Sequence record: PZ179883.1
DNA: 64,000 bases
Strand: one strand, 5' to 3'
Source: a phage
The position numbers were made by a program, and so were the translations under genes. Position 1 is the first letter of the stretch, and the number at the start of each line of letters is the position of its first letter. Shown in pieces: positions 1 to 13,889 of the stretch. The notes under the pieces were generated by a model that was given only the letters and a program-made list of their open reading frames with translations, searched no databases and had not been told where the DNA came from.

Positions 1-1835
<1,835 letters not shown>

Positions 1836-1864
1836 ATATTAAAGCATATTAAAGAGGATTAAAA

Positions 1865-3844
1865 ATGACTTTATTATCTCCGGGCATTGAGCTCAAAGAA
1901 ACTACGGTTCAAAGCACCGTGGTTAATAACTCTACTGGTACAGCAGCTTTGGCCGGTAAATTCCAGTGGGGTCCTGCTTTTCAGATCAAACAGGTTACAA
2001 ATGAAGTAGATTTAGTTAATACTTTTGGTCAACCTACAGCTGAAACTGCTGATTATTTTATGTCTGCAATGAATTTCTTACAATATGGAAATGATTTGCG
2101 AGTTGTGCGTGCTGTCGATAGAGATACCGCTAAAAACTCATCTCCGATTGCTGGTAATATTGAATACACTATTTCTACCCCAGGTAGTAACTACGCGGTT
2201 GGAGATAAAATCACAGTTAAGTATGTTTCAGAAGACATTGAAACGGAAGGTAAAATTACCGAAGTAGATGCTGATGGAAAAATTAAGAAAATTAATATTC
2301 CTACCGCAAAAATTATCGCTAAAGCGAAAGAAGTCGGTGAATATCCAGCATTAGGTTCTAACTGGACCGCGGAAATTTCTTCGTCTTCATCTGGTTTAGC
2401 TGCAGTAATAACTCTTGGAAAAATTATTACTGATTCCGGTATTTTATTAGCTGAGATTGAAAATGCTGAAGCTGCTATGACAGCGGTTGACTTTCAGGCA
2501 AATCTCGAAAAATATGGAATTCCAGGAGTAGTAGCTCTTTATCCAGGCGAGTTGGGCGATAAAATCGAAATTGAAATCGTATCTAAAGCTGACTACGCAA
2601 AAGGTGCTTCTGCATTACTCCCAATTTATCCAGGTGGCGGAACACGCGCATCTACTGCTAAGGCAGTGTTTGGATATGGACCGCAAACTGATTCACAATA
2701 CGCTATTATAGTTCGCCGTAATGATGCTATTGTTCAAAGTATTGTTCTTTCAACAAAGCGTGGTGAAAAAGACATTTATGATAGTAACATCTATATTGAT
2801 GACTTTTTCGCAAAAGGCGGTTCAGAATATATTTTTGCAACTGCACAAAACTGGCCAGAAGGCTTCTCTGGAATTTTAACTCTGTCTGGTGGATTATCAT
2901 CAAATTCTGAGGTCACAGCAGGAGATTTGATGGAAGCTTGGGACTTCTTTGCTGACCGTGAATCTGTTGATGTTCAGTTGTTTATTGCTGGTTCTTGCGC
3001 CGGTGAATCTTTAGAAACAGCATCTACTGTCCAAAAACACGTCGTTTCAATTGGGGATGCACGCCAAGATTGCTTAGTATTGTGCTCACCACCGCGTGAA
3101 ACTGTAGTTGGAATTCCTGTAACTCGTGCTGTTGATAACTTAGTCAATTGGAGAACCGCAGCAGGTTCATACACTGATAATAACTTTAATATCAGTTCAA
3201 CCTATGCAGCAATTGATGGTAACTACAAATATCAGTATGACAAATATAATGATGTGAATCGTTGGGTTCCATTAGCAGCTGATATTGCTGGTTTATGTGC
3301 AAGAACTGATAACGTATCTCAGACTTGGATGTCACCAGCTGGTTATAATCGTGGCCAAATTTTGAACGTTATTAAACTGGCTATTGAAACTCGCCAGGCT
3401 CAGCGCGACCGTTTATACCAAGAAGCTATCAACCCGGTAACCGGTACAGGTGGTGATGGTTACGTATTGTATGGTGATAAAACAGCTACTTCTGTTCCTT
3501 CTCCATTTGATCGTATTAACGTTCGTCGTCTGTTTAATATGTTGAAAACGAATATCGGACGTAGTTCAAAATATCGTTTGTTCGAATTAAACAACGCGTT
3601 TACTCGTTCATCATTCCGCACAGAAACTGCCCAGTACTTACAGGGAATTAAAGCTCTCGGTGGAATTTATGAATATCGTGTAGTTTGCGATACAACAAAT
3701 AATACTCCGTCAGTAATTGATAGAAATGAGTTTGTTGCAACATTCTACATCCAACCGGCTCGTAGTATAAATTATATCCAACTTAATTTCGTCGCAACTG
3801 CTACTGGTGCAGATTTCGATGAGTTAACTGGTCTTGCAGGTTAA
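1865..3844 (+). CDS. 18: contractile tail sheath protein
   Basis: 659 aa, same length and sequence as recalled T4 gp18; AAGAGGA RBS. Confidence 0.97.
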   Translation: MTLLSPGIELKETTVQSTVVNNSTGTAALAGKFQWGPAFQIKQVTNEVDLVNTFGQPTAETADYFMSAMNFLQYGNDLRVVRAVDRDTAKNSSPIAGNIEYTISTPGSNYAVGDKITVKYVSEDIETEGKITEVDADGKIKKINIPTAKIIAKAKEVGEYPALGSNWTAEISSSSSGLAAVITLGKIITDSGILLAEIENAEAAMTAVDFQANLEKYGIPGVVALYPGELGDKIEIEIVSKADYAKGASALLPIYPGGGTRASTAKAVFGYGPQTDSQYAIIVRRNDAIVQSIVLSTKRGEKDIYDSNIYIDDFFAKGGSEYIFATAQNWPEGFSGILTLSGGLSSNSEVTAGDLMEAWDFFADRESVDVQLFIAGSCAGESLETASTVQKHVVSIGDARQDCLVLCSPPRETVVGIPVTRAVDNLVNWRTAAGSYTDNNFNISSTYAAIDGNYKYQYDKYNDVNRWVPLAADIAGLCARTDNVSQTWMSPAGYNRGQILNVIKLAIETRQAQRDRLYQEAINPVTGTGGDGYVLYGDKTATSVPSPFDRINVRRLFNMLKTNIGRSSKYRLFELNNAFTRSSFRTETAQYLQGIKALGGIYEYRVVCDTTNNTPSVIDRNEFVATFYIQPARSINYIQLNFVATATGADFDELTGLAG

Positions 3845-3852
3845 TTGATTGT

Positions 3853-3866
3853 GGGGCTTCGGCCCC
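3853..3866 (+). terminator. GGGGCUUCGGCCCC hairpin (UUCG tetraloop) just after gene 18
   Basis: Perfect 5-bp GC stem with UUCG loop; no strong U-run, so may be a stability or processing element rather than a terminator. Confidence 0.4.
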
Positions 3867-3883
3867 TATTCTCGAGGAAACAA

Positions 3884-4489
3884 GTGATTATTTCTAAGTT
3901 TGTTACAATAAAACCAAGAAATCATTCAAAAATGTGGTCGACAATTCTGGGATATAAAGTATCATATCATGATACAATATCTGTTCCAATAGAATTAATG
4001 CCAAAGAATAGTAATAAAATAGTTGACGCTAAATGTGATTTGTGTGGTATTAAATTTAGTAGAAGCATTCAGCTTTTAAATAGAACACCCACACATGCAT
4101 GTAGAAAATGTAGCATTAAACAAGTTGCTATTAAAAATTCGGAAGTTCAATCTGGAATAAGCAGACCATGGCAAAGAGGCGATAAACATCCTCGATGGAC
4201 TGGTAAAAGAAAAGAGTTTGCATTATATGCTAGTAGAGTTCATTCTATAACTAAGTCAGCTAAAATAAGAAAAATTTGGTCAAAATGGCCGAATGCTGAT
4301 AAAATAGGAGTGTGCGGTGTAGAAGGTGCTTATCAACTCGATCATAAAGTATCTATCAAATATGGATTTGATAATTTAATTCCGCCGGAAATTATAGCAA
4401 GCGTAAAAAATTTAGAAATAATCACTTGGGAATCTAACCGAGAAAAGTCAAAAAGAAATAGCGTAGATCTTTGGGATTTACTAGAATGA
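3884..4489 (+). CDS. putative HNH-family endonuclease (freestanding homing-endonuclease candidate)
   Basis: ORF between genes 18 and 19; start placed at GTG 3884 after GAGGAAA RBS (ORF track opens at TTG 3845; alternative ATG 3932); N-terminal CxxC...CxxC pair; C-terminal D-H...N...N-R-E-K-S-K HNH-like motif. Confidence 0.6.
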   Translation: MIISKFVTIKPRNHSKMWSTILGYKVSYHDTISVPIELMPKNSNKIVDAKCDLCGIKFSRSIQLLNRTPTHACRKCSIKQVAIKNSEVQSGISRPWQRGDKHPRWTGKRKEFALYASRVHSITKSAKIRKIWSKWPNADKIGVCGVEGAYQLDHKVSIKYGFDNLIPPEIIASVKNLEIITWESNREKSKRNSVDLWDLLE

Positions 4490-4496
4490 TTCTAAA

Positions 4497-4514
4497 GGCC
4501 TGTTTCGGCAGGCC
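4497..4514 (+). terminator. hairpin GGCCUG-loop-CAGGCC after the HNH ORF
   Basis: 6-bp inverted repeat seen in sequence; no U-run. Confidence 0.3.
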
Positions 4515-4515
4515 A

Positions 4516-4523
4516 TATAAATA
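4516..4523 (+). promoter_or_regulatory. late promoter motif TATAAATA (distal copy upstream of gene 19)
   Basis: Exact TATAAATA. Confidence 0.5.
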
Positions 4524-4574
4524 CACTATATCCTTAATTCTTTAATTCTATATGCCCTAGGTTAAACATAGGGA

Positions 4575-4582
4575 TATAAATA
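4575..4582 (+). promoter_or_regulatory. late promoter TATAAATA (proximal, gene 19)
   Basis: Exact TATAAATA 15 nt upstream of gene 19 ATG. Confidence 0.7.
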
Positions 4583-4596
4583 CTACAGAGGCTAAT

Positions 4597-5088
4597 ATGT
4601 TTGTAGATGATGTAACACGAGCGTTTGAATCAGGTGATTTTGCGCGACCTAACTTATTCCAAGTAGAAATTTCTTATCTTGGACAAAATTTTACGTTTCA
4701 ATGTAAAGCCACTGCTTTACCAGCTGGTATTGTAGAAAAAATTCCAGTCGGATTTATGAACCGTAAAATTAACGTAGCAGGCGATCGTACATTCGATGAC
4801 TGGACTGTTACAGTAATGAACGATGAAGCTCATGATGCTCGCCAGAAGTTCGTTGATTGGCAAAGCATTGCTGCGGGGCAAGGAAACGAAATTACTGGTG
4901 GAAAACCTGCAGAGTATAAAAAGAGCGCTATCGTTCGTCAATATGCTCGTGACGCTAAGACAGTAACAAAAGAAATTGAAATTAAAGGTCTGTGGCCTAC
5001 TAACGTGGGTGAACTTCAATTGGATTGGGATTCAAACAATGAAATCCAAACATTTGAAGTAACTCTTGCTCTCGATTATTGGGAATAA
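4597..5088 (+). CDS. 19: tail tube protein
   Basis: 163 aa, matches recalled T4 gp19. Confidence 0.97.
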   Translation: MFVDDVTRAFESGDFARPNLFQVEISYLGQNFTFQCKATALPAGIVEKIPVGFMNRKINVAGDRTFDDWTVTVMNDEAHDARQKFVDWQSIAAGQGNEITGGKPAEYKKSAIVRQYARDAKTVTKEIEIKGLWPTNVGELQLDWDSNNEIQTFEVTLALDYWE

Positions 5089-5093
5089 AATGA

Positions 5094-6745
<1,652 letters not shown>

Positions 6746-6746
<1 letters not shown>

Positions 6747-6985
6747 TGGAAGGTTTAATTGAAGCTATTAAATCAAACGACCTCGTAGCCGCTCGTAAAT
6801 TATTTGCTGAAGCCATGGCTGCAAGAACGACTGATTTAATTAAAGAAGAAAAAATCGCTATCGCTCGTAATTTCTTAATCGAAGGTGAAGAACCTGATGA
6901 CGAGGATGATGACGAAGACGAAGATAGTGATGATAAAGACGACAAAAAAGACAAAGACTCTGACGAAGACGAGGATGATGAATAA
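6746..6985 (+). CDS. 67: prohead core protein with acidic C-terminal tail
   Basis: 79 aa; TAATG overlap with gene 20 stop; D/E-rich tail. Confidence 0.93.
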
Positions 6986-7410
6986 TGCTTCTGATCCCTG
7001 AAACTCATGAATTAGTTCTCGAGAATGTCGAAGCACTTATTCCTGAAGCACAGGGTCGCTTTGACGAATTGTCTTCTGCTTTAAATAAAGACGATATAAA
7101 TACAATTGTCGAGAATATGCTTGATGATGAAACTGATTTAGCGGTTGCATTAGCTTCTATTAATGAAAATATGCCGTTAAATGAATTTATCGTTAAACAT
7201 GTTTCTGCCCGTGGTGAAATTACTCGCACTAAAGATCGCAAAACCCGCGAACGTAATGCATTTCAAACTACCGGGTTGTCTAAAGCAAAACGTAGACAAA
7301 TTGCTCGTAAAGCTACCAAAACGAAGATTGCCAATCCAGCAGGTCAATCTCGTGCTCAGCGTAAGCGTAAAAAAGCTCTTAAACGCCGTAAAGCATTAGG
7401 ATTAAGCTAA
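6985..7410 (+). CDS. 68: prohead core protein
   Basis: 141 aa; TAATG overlap with gene 67. Confidence 0.93.
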
Positions 7411-8048
7411 TGAATGAACCCCAATTACTAATTGAAACTTGGGGTCAACCTGGCGAAATTATTGATGGTGTGCCAATGCTTGAATCCCACGATGGAAAAG
7501 ACTTAGGTTTAAAACCTGGTTTATACATCGAAGGAATATTCATGCAAGCAGAAGTCGTCAATAGAAATAAACGTCTTTATCCAAAACGCATATTAGAAAA
7601 AGCGGTAAAAGACTATATTAATGAGCAAGTTTTAACTAAACAAGCTCTCGGAGAATTAAATCATCCTCCACGCGCTAATGTTGACCCGATGCAAGCCGCT
7701 ATCATTATAGAAGATATGTGGTGGAAAGGAAATGACGTATACGGACGAGCTCGTGTTATTGAAGGTGACCATGGTCCTGGAGATAAATTAGCAGCTAATA
7801 TTCGTGCCGGATGGATTCCAGGAGTTTCTTCTCGTGGATTAGGTTCATTGACTGACACAAATAAAGGTTATCGTATCGTAAACGAAGGATTCAAATTAAC
7901 TGTAGGTGTTGATGCAGTATGGGGTCCAAGTGCTCCAGATGCATGGGTAACTCCTAAGGAAATTACCGAATCACAGACGGCGGAAGCCGATACAAGTGCC
8001 GATGACGCCTATATGGCTCTCGCAGAGGCCATGAAAAAAGCGTTATAA
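7410..8048 (+). CDS. 21: prohead core scaffold protein / maturation protease
   Basis: 212 aa, matches recalled T4 gp21. Confidence 0.96.
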   Translation: MNEPQLLIETWGQPGEIIDGVPMLESHDGKDLGLKPGLYIEGIFMQAEVVNRNKRLYPKRILEKAVKDYINEQVLTKQALGELNHPPRANVDPMQAAIIIEDMWWKGNDVYGRARVIEGDHGPGDKLAANIRAGWIPGVSSRGLGSLTDTNKGYRIVNEGFKLTVGVDAVWGPSAPDAWVTPKEITESQTAEADTSADDAYMALAEAMKKAL

Positions 8049-8078
8049 ATATTATTATCTAAACAACAGGACTACAAA

Positions 8079-8888
8079 ATGCTTAAAGAACAACTGATTG
8101 CCGAAGCGCAGAAAATTGATGCTTCCGTTGCTCTTGATAGTATTTTCGAATCAGTTAATATTTCTCCGGAAGCAAAAGAAACTTTCGGCACTGTATTCGA
8201 AGCTACCGTCAAGCAGCACGCCGTTAAATTAGCTGAATCTCATATCGCTAAAATTGCTGAAAAAGCAGAAGAAGAAGTAGAAAAAAATAAAGAAGAAGCA
8301 GAAGAAAAAGCTGAGAAGAAAATCGCTGAGCAAGCTTCTAAATTCCTTGACCATCTTGCAAAAGAATGGCTCACTGAAAATAAATTAGCAGTAGATAAAG
8401 GTATCAAAGCCGAACTGTTTGAATCCATGCTTGGTGGATTGAAAGAGCTCTTCGTTGAACACAACGTTGTTGTTCCAGAAGAATCAGTTGATGTTGTAGC
8501 TGAAATGGAAGAAGAACTGCAAGAACATAAAGAAGAATCAGCTCGTCTGTTCGAAGAACTCAATAAGCGTGACGCATATATCAATTATGTGCAGCGTGAA
8601 GTGGCATTGAGCGAAAGTACTAAAGATCTGACTGAGTCTCAAAAAGAAAAAGTCTCTGCTCTGGTCGAAGGTATGGATTATTCAGATGCATTCTCAAGTA
8701 AATTGAGTGCAATCGTAGAAATGGTGAAGAAATCTAATAAAGATGAAAGCACTATTACTGAGAGTATAAATACTCCTGATACTGAAGCAGCCGGACTGAA
8801 TTTCGTCACTGAAGCTGTAGAAGATAAATCTGCACAAGGTGCAGAAGATATTGTAAGTGTATATGCGAAAGTCGCATCTCGTTTCTAA
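8079..8888 (+). CDS. 22: prohead core scaffolding protein
   Basis: 269 aa, E/K-rich coiled-coil, matches T4 gp22. Confidence 0.96.
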   Translation: MLKEQLIAEAQKIDASVALDSIFESVNISPEAKETFGTVFEATVKQHAVKLAESHIAKIAEKAEEEVEKNKEEAEEKAEKKIAEQASKFLDHLAKEWLTENKLAVDKGIKAELFESMLGGLKELFVEHNVVVPEESVDVVAEMEEELQEHKEESARLFEELNKRDAYINYVQREVALSESTKDLTESQKEKVSALVEGMDYSDAFSSKLSAIVEMVKKSNKDESTITESINTPDTEAAGLNFVTEAVEDKSAQGAEDIVSVYAKVASRF

Positions 8889-8906
8889 TTTTAAAGGTTA
8901 ACACAA

Positions 8907-10472
8907 ATGACTATCAAAACTAAAGCTGAACTTTTGAACAAATGGAAGCCATTACTGGAAGGTGAAGGTTTACCGGAAATTGCTAATAGCAAACAAGCGA
9001 TTATCGCTAAAATCTTTGAAAACCAGGAAAAAGATTTCCAAACAGCTCCGGAATATAAAGACGAAAAAATTGCTCAGGCATTCGGTTCTTTCTTAACAGA
9101 AGCTGAAATCGGTGGTGACCACGGTTACAATGCTACTAACATCGCTGCAGGTCAGACTTCTGGCGCAGTAACTCAGATTGGCCCAGCTGTTATGGGTATG
9201 GTACGTCGTGCTATTCCTAACCTGATTGCTTTCGATATTTGCGGTGTTCAGCCGATGAACAGCCCGACTGGTCAGGTATTCGCACTGCGCGCAGTATATG
9301 GTAAAGACCCAATCGCTGCCGGCGCTAAAGAAGCATTCCACCCAATGTATGGTCCAGATGCAATGTTCTCTGGTCAGGGTGCTGCTAAGAAATTCCCAGC
9401 TCTGGCTGCTAGCACACAAACCACAGTAGGTGATATCTATACTCACTTCTTCCAGGACACTGGTACTGTGTATCTGCAGGCTTCTGCTGTAGTAACAATC
9501 GATGCTGGTGCATCTGACGCAGCTAAATTAGATGCAGAAATTAAGAAACAAATGGAAGCTGGTGTACTGGTAGAAATCGCTGAAGGTATGGCTACTTCTA
9601 TCGCTGAACTTCAGGAAGGTTTCAACGGTTCTACCGATAACCCATGGAATGAAATGGGCTTCCGTATCGATAAACAAGTTATCGAAGCTAAATCTCGTCA
9701 GCTGAAAGCTGCTTACTCTATCGAATTAGCACAAGACCTCCGCGCTGTTCACGGTATGGATGCTGATGCTGAACTGTCTGGTATTCTGGCTACCGAAATC
9801 ATGCTGGAAATCAACCGTGAAGTTGTTGATTGGATTAACTACTCAGCTCAGGTTGGTAAATCTGGTATGACCCTGACTCCAGGTTCTAAAGCTGGTGTAT
9901 TTGACTTCCAGGATCCGATTGATATTCGTGGTGCTCGCTGGGCGGGTGAATCCTTTAAAGCTCTGTTGTTCCAGATTGACAAAGAAGCAGTTGAAATTGC
10001 TCGTCAGACCGGTCGTGGTGAAGGTAACTTCATTATCGCTTCCCGTAACGTAGTTAACGTTCTGGCTTCAGTTGATACTGGCATTTCTTATGCTGCACAG
10101 GGTCTGGCTACCGGCTTTAACACTGATACTACCAAGTCAGTATTTGCTGGTGTTCTGGGTGGTAAATACCGTGTATATATCGACCAGTATGCTAAACAGG
10201 ATTATTTCACTGTAGGTTATAAAGGTCCGAACGAAATGGATGCTGGTATTTACTATGCTCCATATGTAGCTCTGACTCCGCTGCGTGGTTCCGATCCGAA
10301 GAACTTCCAACCAGTAATGGGATTCAAAACTCGTTACGGTATCGGTATCAACCCATTTGCAGAATCCGCTGCTCAGGCTCCGGCTTCTCGCATCCAGAGC
10401 GGTATGCCTTCTATTCTGAATAGCCTTGGTAAAAACGCTTACTTTAGACGTGTATATGTTAAAGGTATCTAA
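8907..10472 (+). CDS. 23: major capsid protein
   Basis: 521 aa, matches T4 gp23. Confidence 0.98.
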   Translation: MTIKTKAELLNKWKPLLEGEGLPEIANSKQAIIAKIFENQEKDFQTAPEYKDEKIAQAFGSFLTEAEIGGDHGYNATNIAAGQTSGAVTQIGPAVMGMVRRAIPNLIAFDICGVQPMNSPTGQVFALRAVYGKDPIAAGAKEAFHPMYGPDAMFSGQGAAKKFPALAASTQTTVGDIYTHFFQDTGTVYLQASAVVTIDAGASDAAKLDAEIKKQMEAGVLVEIAEGMATSIAELQEGFNGSTDNPWNEMGFRIDKQVIEAKSRQLKAAYSIELAQDLRAVHGMDADAELSGILATEIMLEINREVVDWINYSAQVGKSGMTLTPGSKAGVFDFQDPIDIRGARWAGESFKALLFQIDKEAVEIARQTGRGEGNFIIASRNVVNVLASVDTGISYAAQGLATGFNTDTTKSVFAGVLGGKYRVYIDQYAKQDYFTVGYKGPNEMDAGIYYAPYVALTPLRGSDPKNFQPVMGFKTRYGIGINPFAESAAQAPASRIQSGMPSILNSLGKNAYFRRVYVKGI

Positions 10473-10488
10473 TCTTTGACGATAGAAA

Positions 10489-10512
10489 CGCAATTTTAGG
10501 GAACCTTCGGGT
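10489..10512 (+). terminator. rho-independent terminator after gene 23
   Basis: GGGAACC-UUCG-GGUUCCC hairpin followed by TTTTT. Confidence 0.85.
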
Positions 10513-10521
10513 TCCCTTTTT

Positions 10522-11184
10522 CTATTTTATACGATAGCAATCAGGCATATCATCCGCATTTATCCAATTGCGAATAGTTTTAGGACTAACTTTAAAATGC
10601 TCCGCTGCGTAATCAGGATTATCAAATTTGACACCCTTTATACATATTGGAATAAATTTTTTAATACCGCTAAGTTTTTCAGAAATAGCTTTACGATGTG
10701 AAATCGATATAGGTTTATTTTTTCGTGGATGAACATGTGTTTTATAATATTCATTGCGCCCTTTAACTCGCTTCGCGATAGTTTCATCAGATTGCTTAAC
10801 GCCTGTTTTTGCCTTTGATATTTTTCGTTTAGCTTCCACAGTCATTCCTTCTTTTGTTCGTATTGATAACATATTACGATATGAAGGATCTTGCAAATGA
10901 ACTATAACTGGATTTCCTCTACCACCAATAGCAGCATTATAAGTATCAGTTCTCATAACGAATTCCTCATTGACTAGTAAAGCTTCCATTTTATACATCT
11001 CCTCAGATGAGGAGAAAGAATAAAGAATTTCTTTTTTAAAGTTATGAATACCATATTTTTTGATGGATTTTTTGATGTTTACGCCAGAACCCATATAACC
11101 ATCGTTTTCGTCAAGAGTAGCATGAGCTCCGATGTAAATTTTTCCATTGATGATATTAGTAATTTGATATATTAAATATTTCAT
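10522..11184 (-). CDS. segD: GIY-YIG homing endonuclease (segD-like, between genes 23 and 24)
   Basis: YQITN...GKIYIGAH GIY-YIG motif near N-terminus; start chosen at MKYLIYQ after GGAG (ORF track begins 13 codons upstream at 11223). Confidence 0.8.
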   Translation of the reverse strand: MKYLIYQITNIINGKIYIGAHATLDENDGYMGSGVNIKKSIKKYGIHNFKKEILYSFSSSEEMYKMEALLVNEEFVMRTDTYNAAIGGRGNPVIVHLQDPSYRNMLSIRTKEGMTVEAKRKISKAKTGVKQSDETIAKRVKGRNEYYKTHVHPRKNKPISISHRKAISEKLSGIKKFIPICIKGVKFDNPDYAAEHFKVSPKTIRNWINADDMPDCYRIK

Positions 11185-11249
11185 TTTAAACACCACTCCA
11201 TTTGTATATGAATATAATATCATATTACTTTGGTCTTGTAAATAACTTT

Positions 11250-11257
11250 ATAAATAG
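11250..11257 (+). promoter_or_regulatory. late promoter TATAAATA upstream of gene 24
   Basis: Exact TATAAATA 26 nt upstream of ATG. Confidence 0.7.
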
Positions 11258-11283
11258 TATTATATTTCAACAAGGAAAATACA

Positions 11284-12567
11284 ATGGCTAAAATCAACGA
11301 ACTTCTGCGCGAATCAACCACAACGAATAGCAACTCAATCGGTCGCCCAAATCTCGTTGCTTTGACTCGCGCTACCACTAAATTAATATATTCTGACATT
11401 GTAGCAACGCAAAGAACTAATCAACCTGTTGCTGCTTTTTATGGTATCAAATACCTTAATCCAGATAACGAATTTACTTTTAAAACTGGTGCTACTTACG
11501 CTGGCGAAGCTGGATATGTAGACCGAGAACAAATCACAGAATTAACAGAAGAGTCTAAATTAACTCTCAATAAAGGCGATTTATTCAAATATAATAATAT
11601 CGTTTATAAAGTATTAGAAGATACACCATTTGCTACCATTGAAGAAAGCGATTTAGAATTAGCTCTTCAGATTGCAATTGTTCTTTTAAAGGTTCGTCTA
11701 TTTTCTGATGCAGCATCAACAAGCAAATTTGAAAGTTCTGATAGCGAAATTGCGGATGCTAGATTCCAGATTAATAAATGGCAAACCGCAGTTAAATCTC
11801 GTAAACTTAAAACTGGTATCACAGTTGAATTAGCACAAGATTTAGAAGCAAATGGATTCGATGCTCCTAATTTCTTGGAAGATTTGCTTGCAACTGAAAT
11901 GGCGGATGAAATCAATAAAGATATTCTACAGTCTTTGATTACAGTATCAAAACGCTATAAAGTTACAGGAATTACTGATACTGGATTCATTGATTTGAGT
12001 TATGCATCTGCACCTGAAGCTGGTCGTTCATTATACCGAATGGTATGTGAAATGGTTTCGCATATCCAAAAAGAATCAACTTATACAGCAACGTTCTGTG
12101 TTGCTTCAGCTCGTGCCGCTGCGATTCTTGCTGCATCAGGTTGGTTAAAACATAAACCAGAAGATGATAAATATCTTTCACAAAATGCCTACGGGTTCTT
12201 AGCTAATGGTTTACCGCTTTATTGCGATACTAACAGCCCATTAGATTATGTAATCGTCGGTGTGGTAGAAAATATTGGCGAAAAAGAAATTGTTGGATCA
12301 ATTTTCTATGCTCCATATACAGAAGGTCTTGACTTAGATGACCCTGAACATGTAGGTGCATTTAAAGTTGTAGTTGATCCAGAAAGTTTGCAGCCATCTA
12401 TCGGTTTATTAGTTAGATATGCTTTATCTGCAAATCCTTACACTGTAGCAAAAGATGAAAAAGAAGCAAGAATAATTGATGGTGGAGACATGGATAAAAT
12501 GGCGGGTCGTTCAGATTTGTCTGTTTTATTGGGTGTTAAGCTACCAAAAATTATCGTTGATGAATAA
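11284..12567 (+). CDS. 24: capsid vertex protein
   Basis: 427 aa, matches T4 gp24. Confidence 0.97.
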   Translation: MAKINELLRESTTTNSNSIGRPNLVALTRATTKLIYSDIVATQRTNQPVAAFYGIKYLNPDNEFTFKTGATYAGEAGYVDREQITELTEESKLTLNKGDLFKYNNIVYKVLEDTPFATIEESDLELALQIAIVLLKVRLFSDAASTSKFESSDSEIADARFQINKWQTAVKSRKLKTGITVELAQDLEANGFDAPNFLEDLLATEMADEINKDILQSLITVSKRYKVTGITDTGFIDLSYASAPEAGRSLYRMVCEMVSHIQKESTYTATFCVASARAAAILAASGWLKHKPEDDKYLSQNAYGFLANGLPLYCDTNSPLDYVIVGVVENIGEKEIVGSIFYAPYTEGLDLDDPEHVGAFKVVVDPESLQPSIGLLVRYALSANPYTVAKDEKEARIIDGGDMDKMAGRSDLSVLLGVKLPKIIVDE

Positions 12568-12570
12568 AAC

Positions 12571-12597
12571 AAAGGGACCAAAAGGTCCCTTTTTATT
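12571..12597. terminator. bidirectional terminator between convergent genes 24 and rnlB
   Basis: AAAGGGACC-AAAA-GGUCCCUUU palindrome flanked by T-runs on both strands. Confidence 0.8.
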
Positions 12598-13601
12598 TAA
12601 CTTACCAATTCAATCCAAGCCGGACGAAGTACATCTTGTACCATTTTAACTAATTCCTTTTTAACCAAAGAAGGATTATCCGCTTGAGTTAGAGTAATAC
12701 CTTCACGAGAAGTTTCTTCCAAAATATCTTGAACAGTTAGTCCCATCACCTTTCCAAAATCCTTCGGACCAATTTCGCCAATTTTAGAAATAACGTTATT
12801 TACCCGGTTCAGTGTAACGTAACAAGCTAAAATTCCCACCAATTTGTTATCAGCTTCTGACAGTTCAACTTTAGCTTTAATAGGCTTATCAGACTTTTTC
12901 TTTTCGCTAAATTTAGAGTTCTTGCATTTAATAGCTACACGATTGCCATTAGGCATCCAAGAAGGATAACAAGGTTTCAATACATAACCTTCAGCGGTAA
13001 ATACTTCGCCTTTTGCTTCGGCATTCCAAACACATTTATTTGCATCAACTAATCCAGCATGGTCTACTGTAAAATTATAATCTTGAACGACAGAATCTAA
13101 ATCATTTGGCAATTTAATAAGCTCTTCAAATTTACCACGACCTAAAAGTGGAGCCATTTTAAATTTAAATGTATTACAGAATGATTCCATCATATAATCA
13201 TCGACATAAGTCACATCACCGCTTTCGGTAGTAACAATAATGTCAAATACATAAAAATCTTTATCACCATAATCGACATTCTTCTGAATGCCAGGTCCAG
13301 CGAATTCGCCGAAGACTTGATAAGATACAACTGCCGAAGTTTCCATAATATCTTGTACTGCTTTAATGGAATCAGCATAATTCTTTAAAATAATTTCATA
13401 CCCAAAGAAATCTTCAGCAGGAAGAATAGGACCAGTACGTTTAGCACAAGTTGCTTTATCGCGTTCAATAATCAGTGAGAAATTTGTGCCATGAATCTTT
13501 TCACGAGCTACCCATTCGCCGCCAGTCAATCCTAAACTGTAAAGTTTTTCAATGAATTTAGAATTGTAATGATTTTCAAGACTGCTATACTTTTTAAACA
13601 T
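12597..13601 (-). CDS. rnlB: RNA ligase 2
   Basis: 334 aa; KIHGTN nucleotidyltransferase motif; matches T4 Rnl2. Confidence 0.96.
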   Translation of the reverse strand: MFKKYSSLENHYNSKFIEKLYSLGLTGGEWVAREKIHGTNFSLIIERDKATCAKRTGPILPAEDFFGYEIILKNYADSIKAVQDIMETSAVVSYQVFGEFAGPGIQKNVDYGDKDFYVFDIIVTTESGDVTYVDDYMMESFCNTFKFKMAPLLGRGKFEELIKLPNDLDSVVQDYNFTVDHAGLVDANKCVWNAEAKGEVFTAEGYVLKPCYPSWMPNGNRVAIKCKNSKFSEKKKSDKPIKAKVELSEADNKLVGILACYVTLNRVNNVISKIGEIGPKDFGKVMGLTVQDILEETSREGITLTQADNPSLVKKELVKMVQDVLRPAWIELVS

Positions 13602-13610
13602 AATTAATCC

Positions 13611-13889
13611 TCAAAATGTAATTTCTAACCAATCACCATCACGCTGATCACTATTGACTTTAAAGCTAAATCCTTCTTTTCTCAGCCAATCACCAATTTC
13701 TTCAGTAATCAATTTATCACGAGCAGTACAATAATAACTAAAATATGTTTTACCTTGTTCAGCTGCTTTATTAGCAAGTTCCGAAAAATCTTTAATAAAA
13801 CACTCTAGTTTAAACTGTTTACTTTTAAGTGCTTTTTCGCGTAATTGATTAGCAAAAGATTCATTTTCATAAAGATCATACTGTTCCAT
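13611..13889 (-). CDS. hypothetical protein (24.2 position)
   Basis: 92-aa ORF, position conserved with T4. Confidence 0.7.
   Translation of the reverse strand: MEQYDLYENESFANQLREKALKSKQFKLECFIKDFSELANKAAEQGKTYFSYYCTARDKLITEEIGDWLRKEGFSFKVNSDQRDGDWLEITF

Noticed and set aside
8240-8584. 114-aa minus-strand ORF inside gene 22 (and similar antisense ORFs inside genes 23, 24, inh, alt, nrdA, 32, 34, 37)
   Set aside because: All lie fully inside well-supported genes on the opposite strand, have no RBS and are low-complexity; treated as frame shadows.
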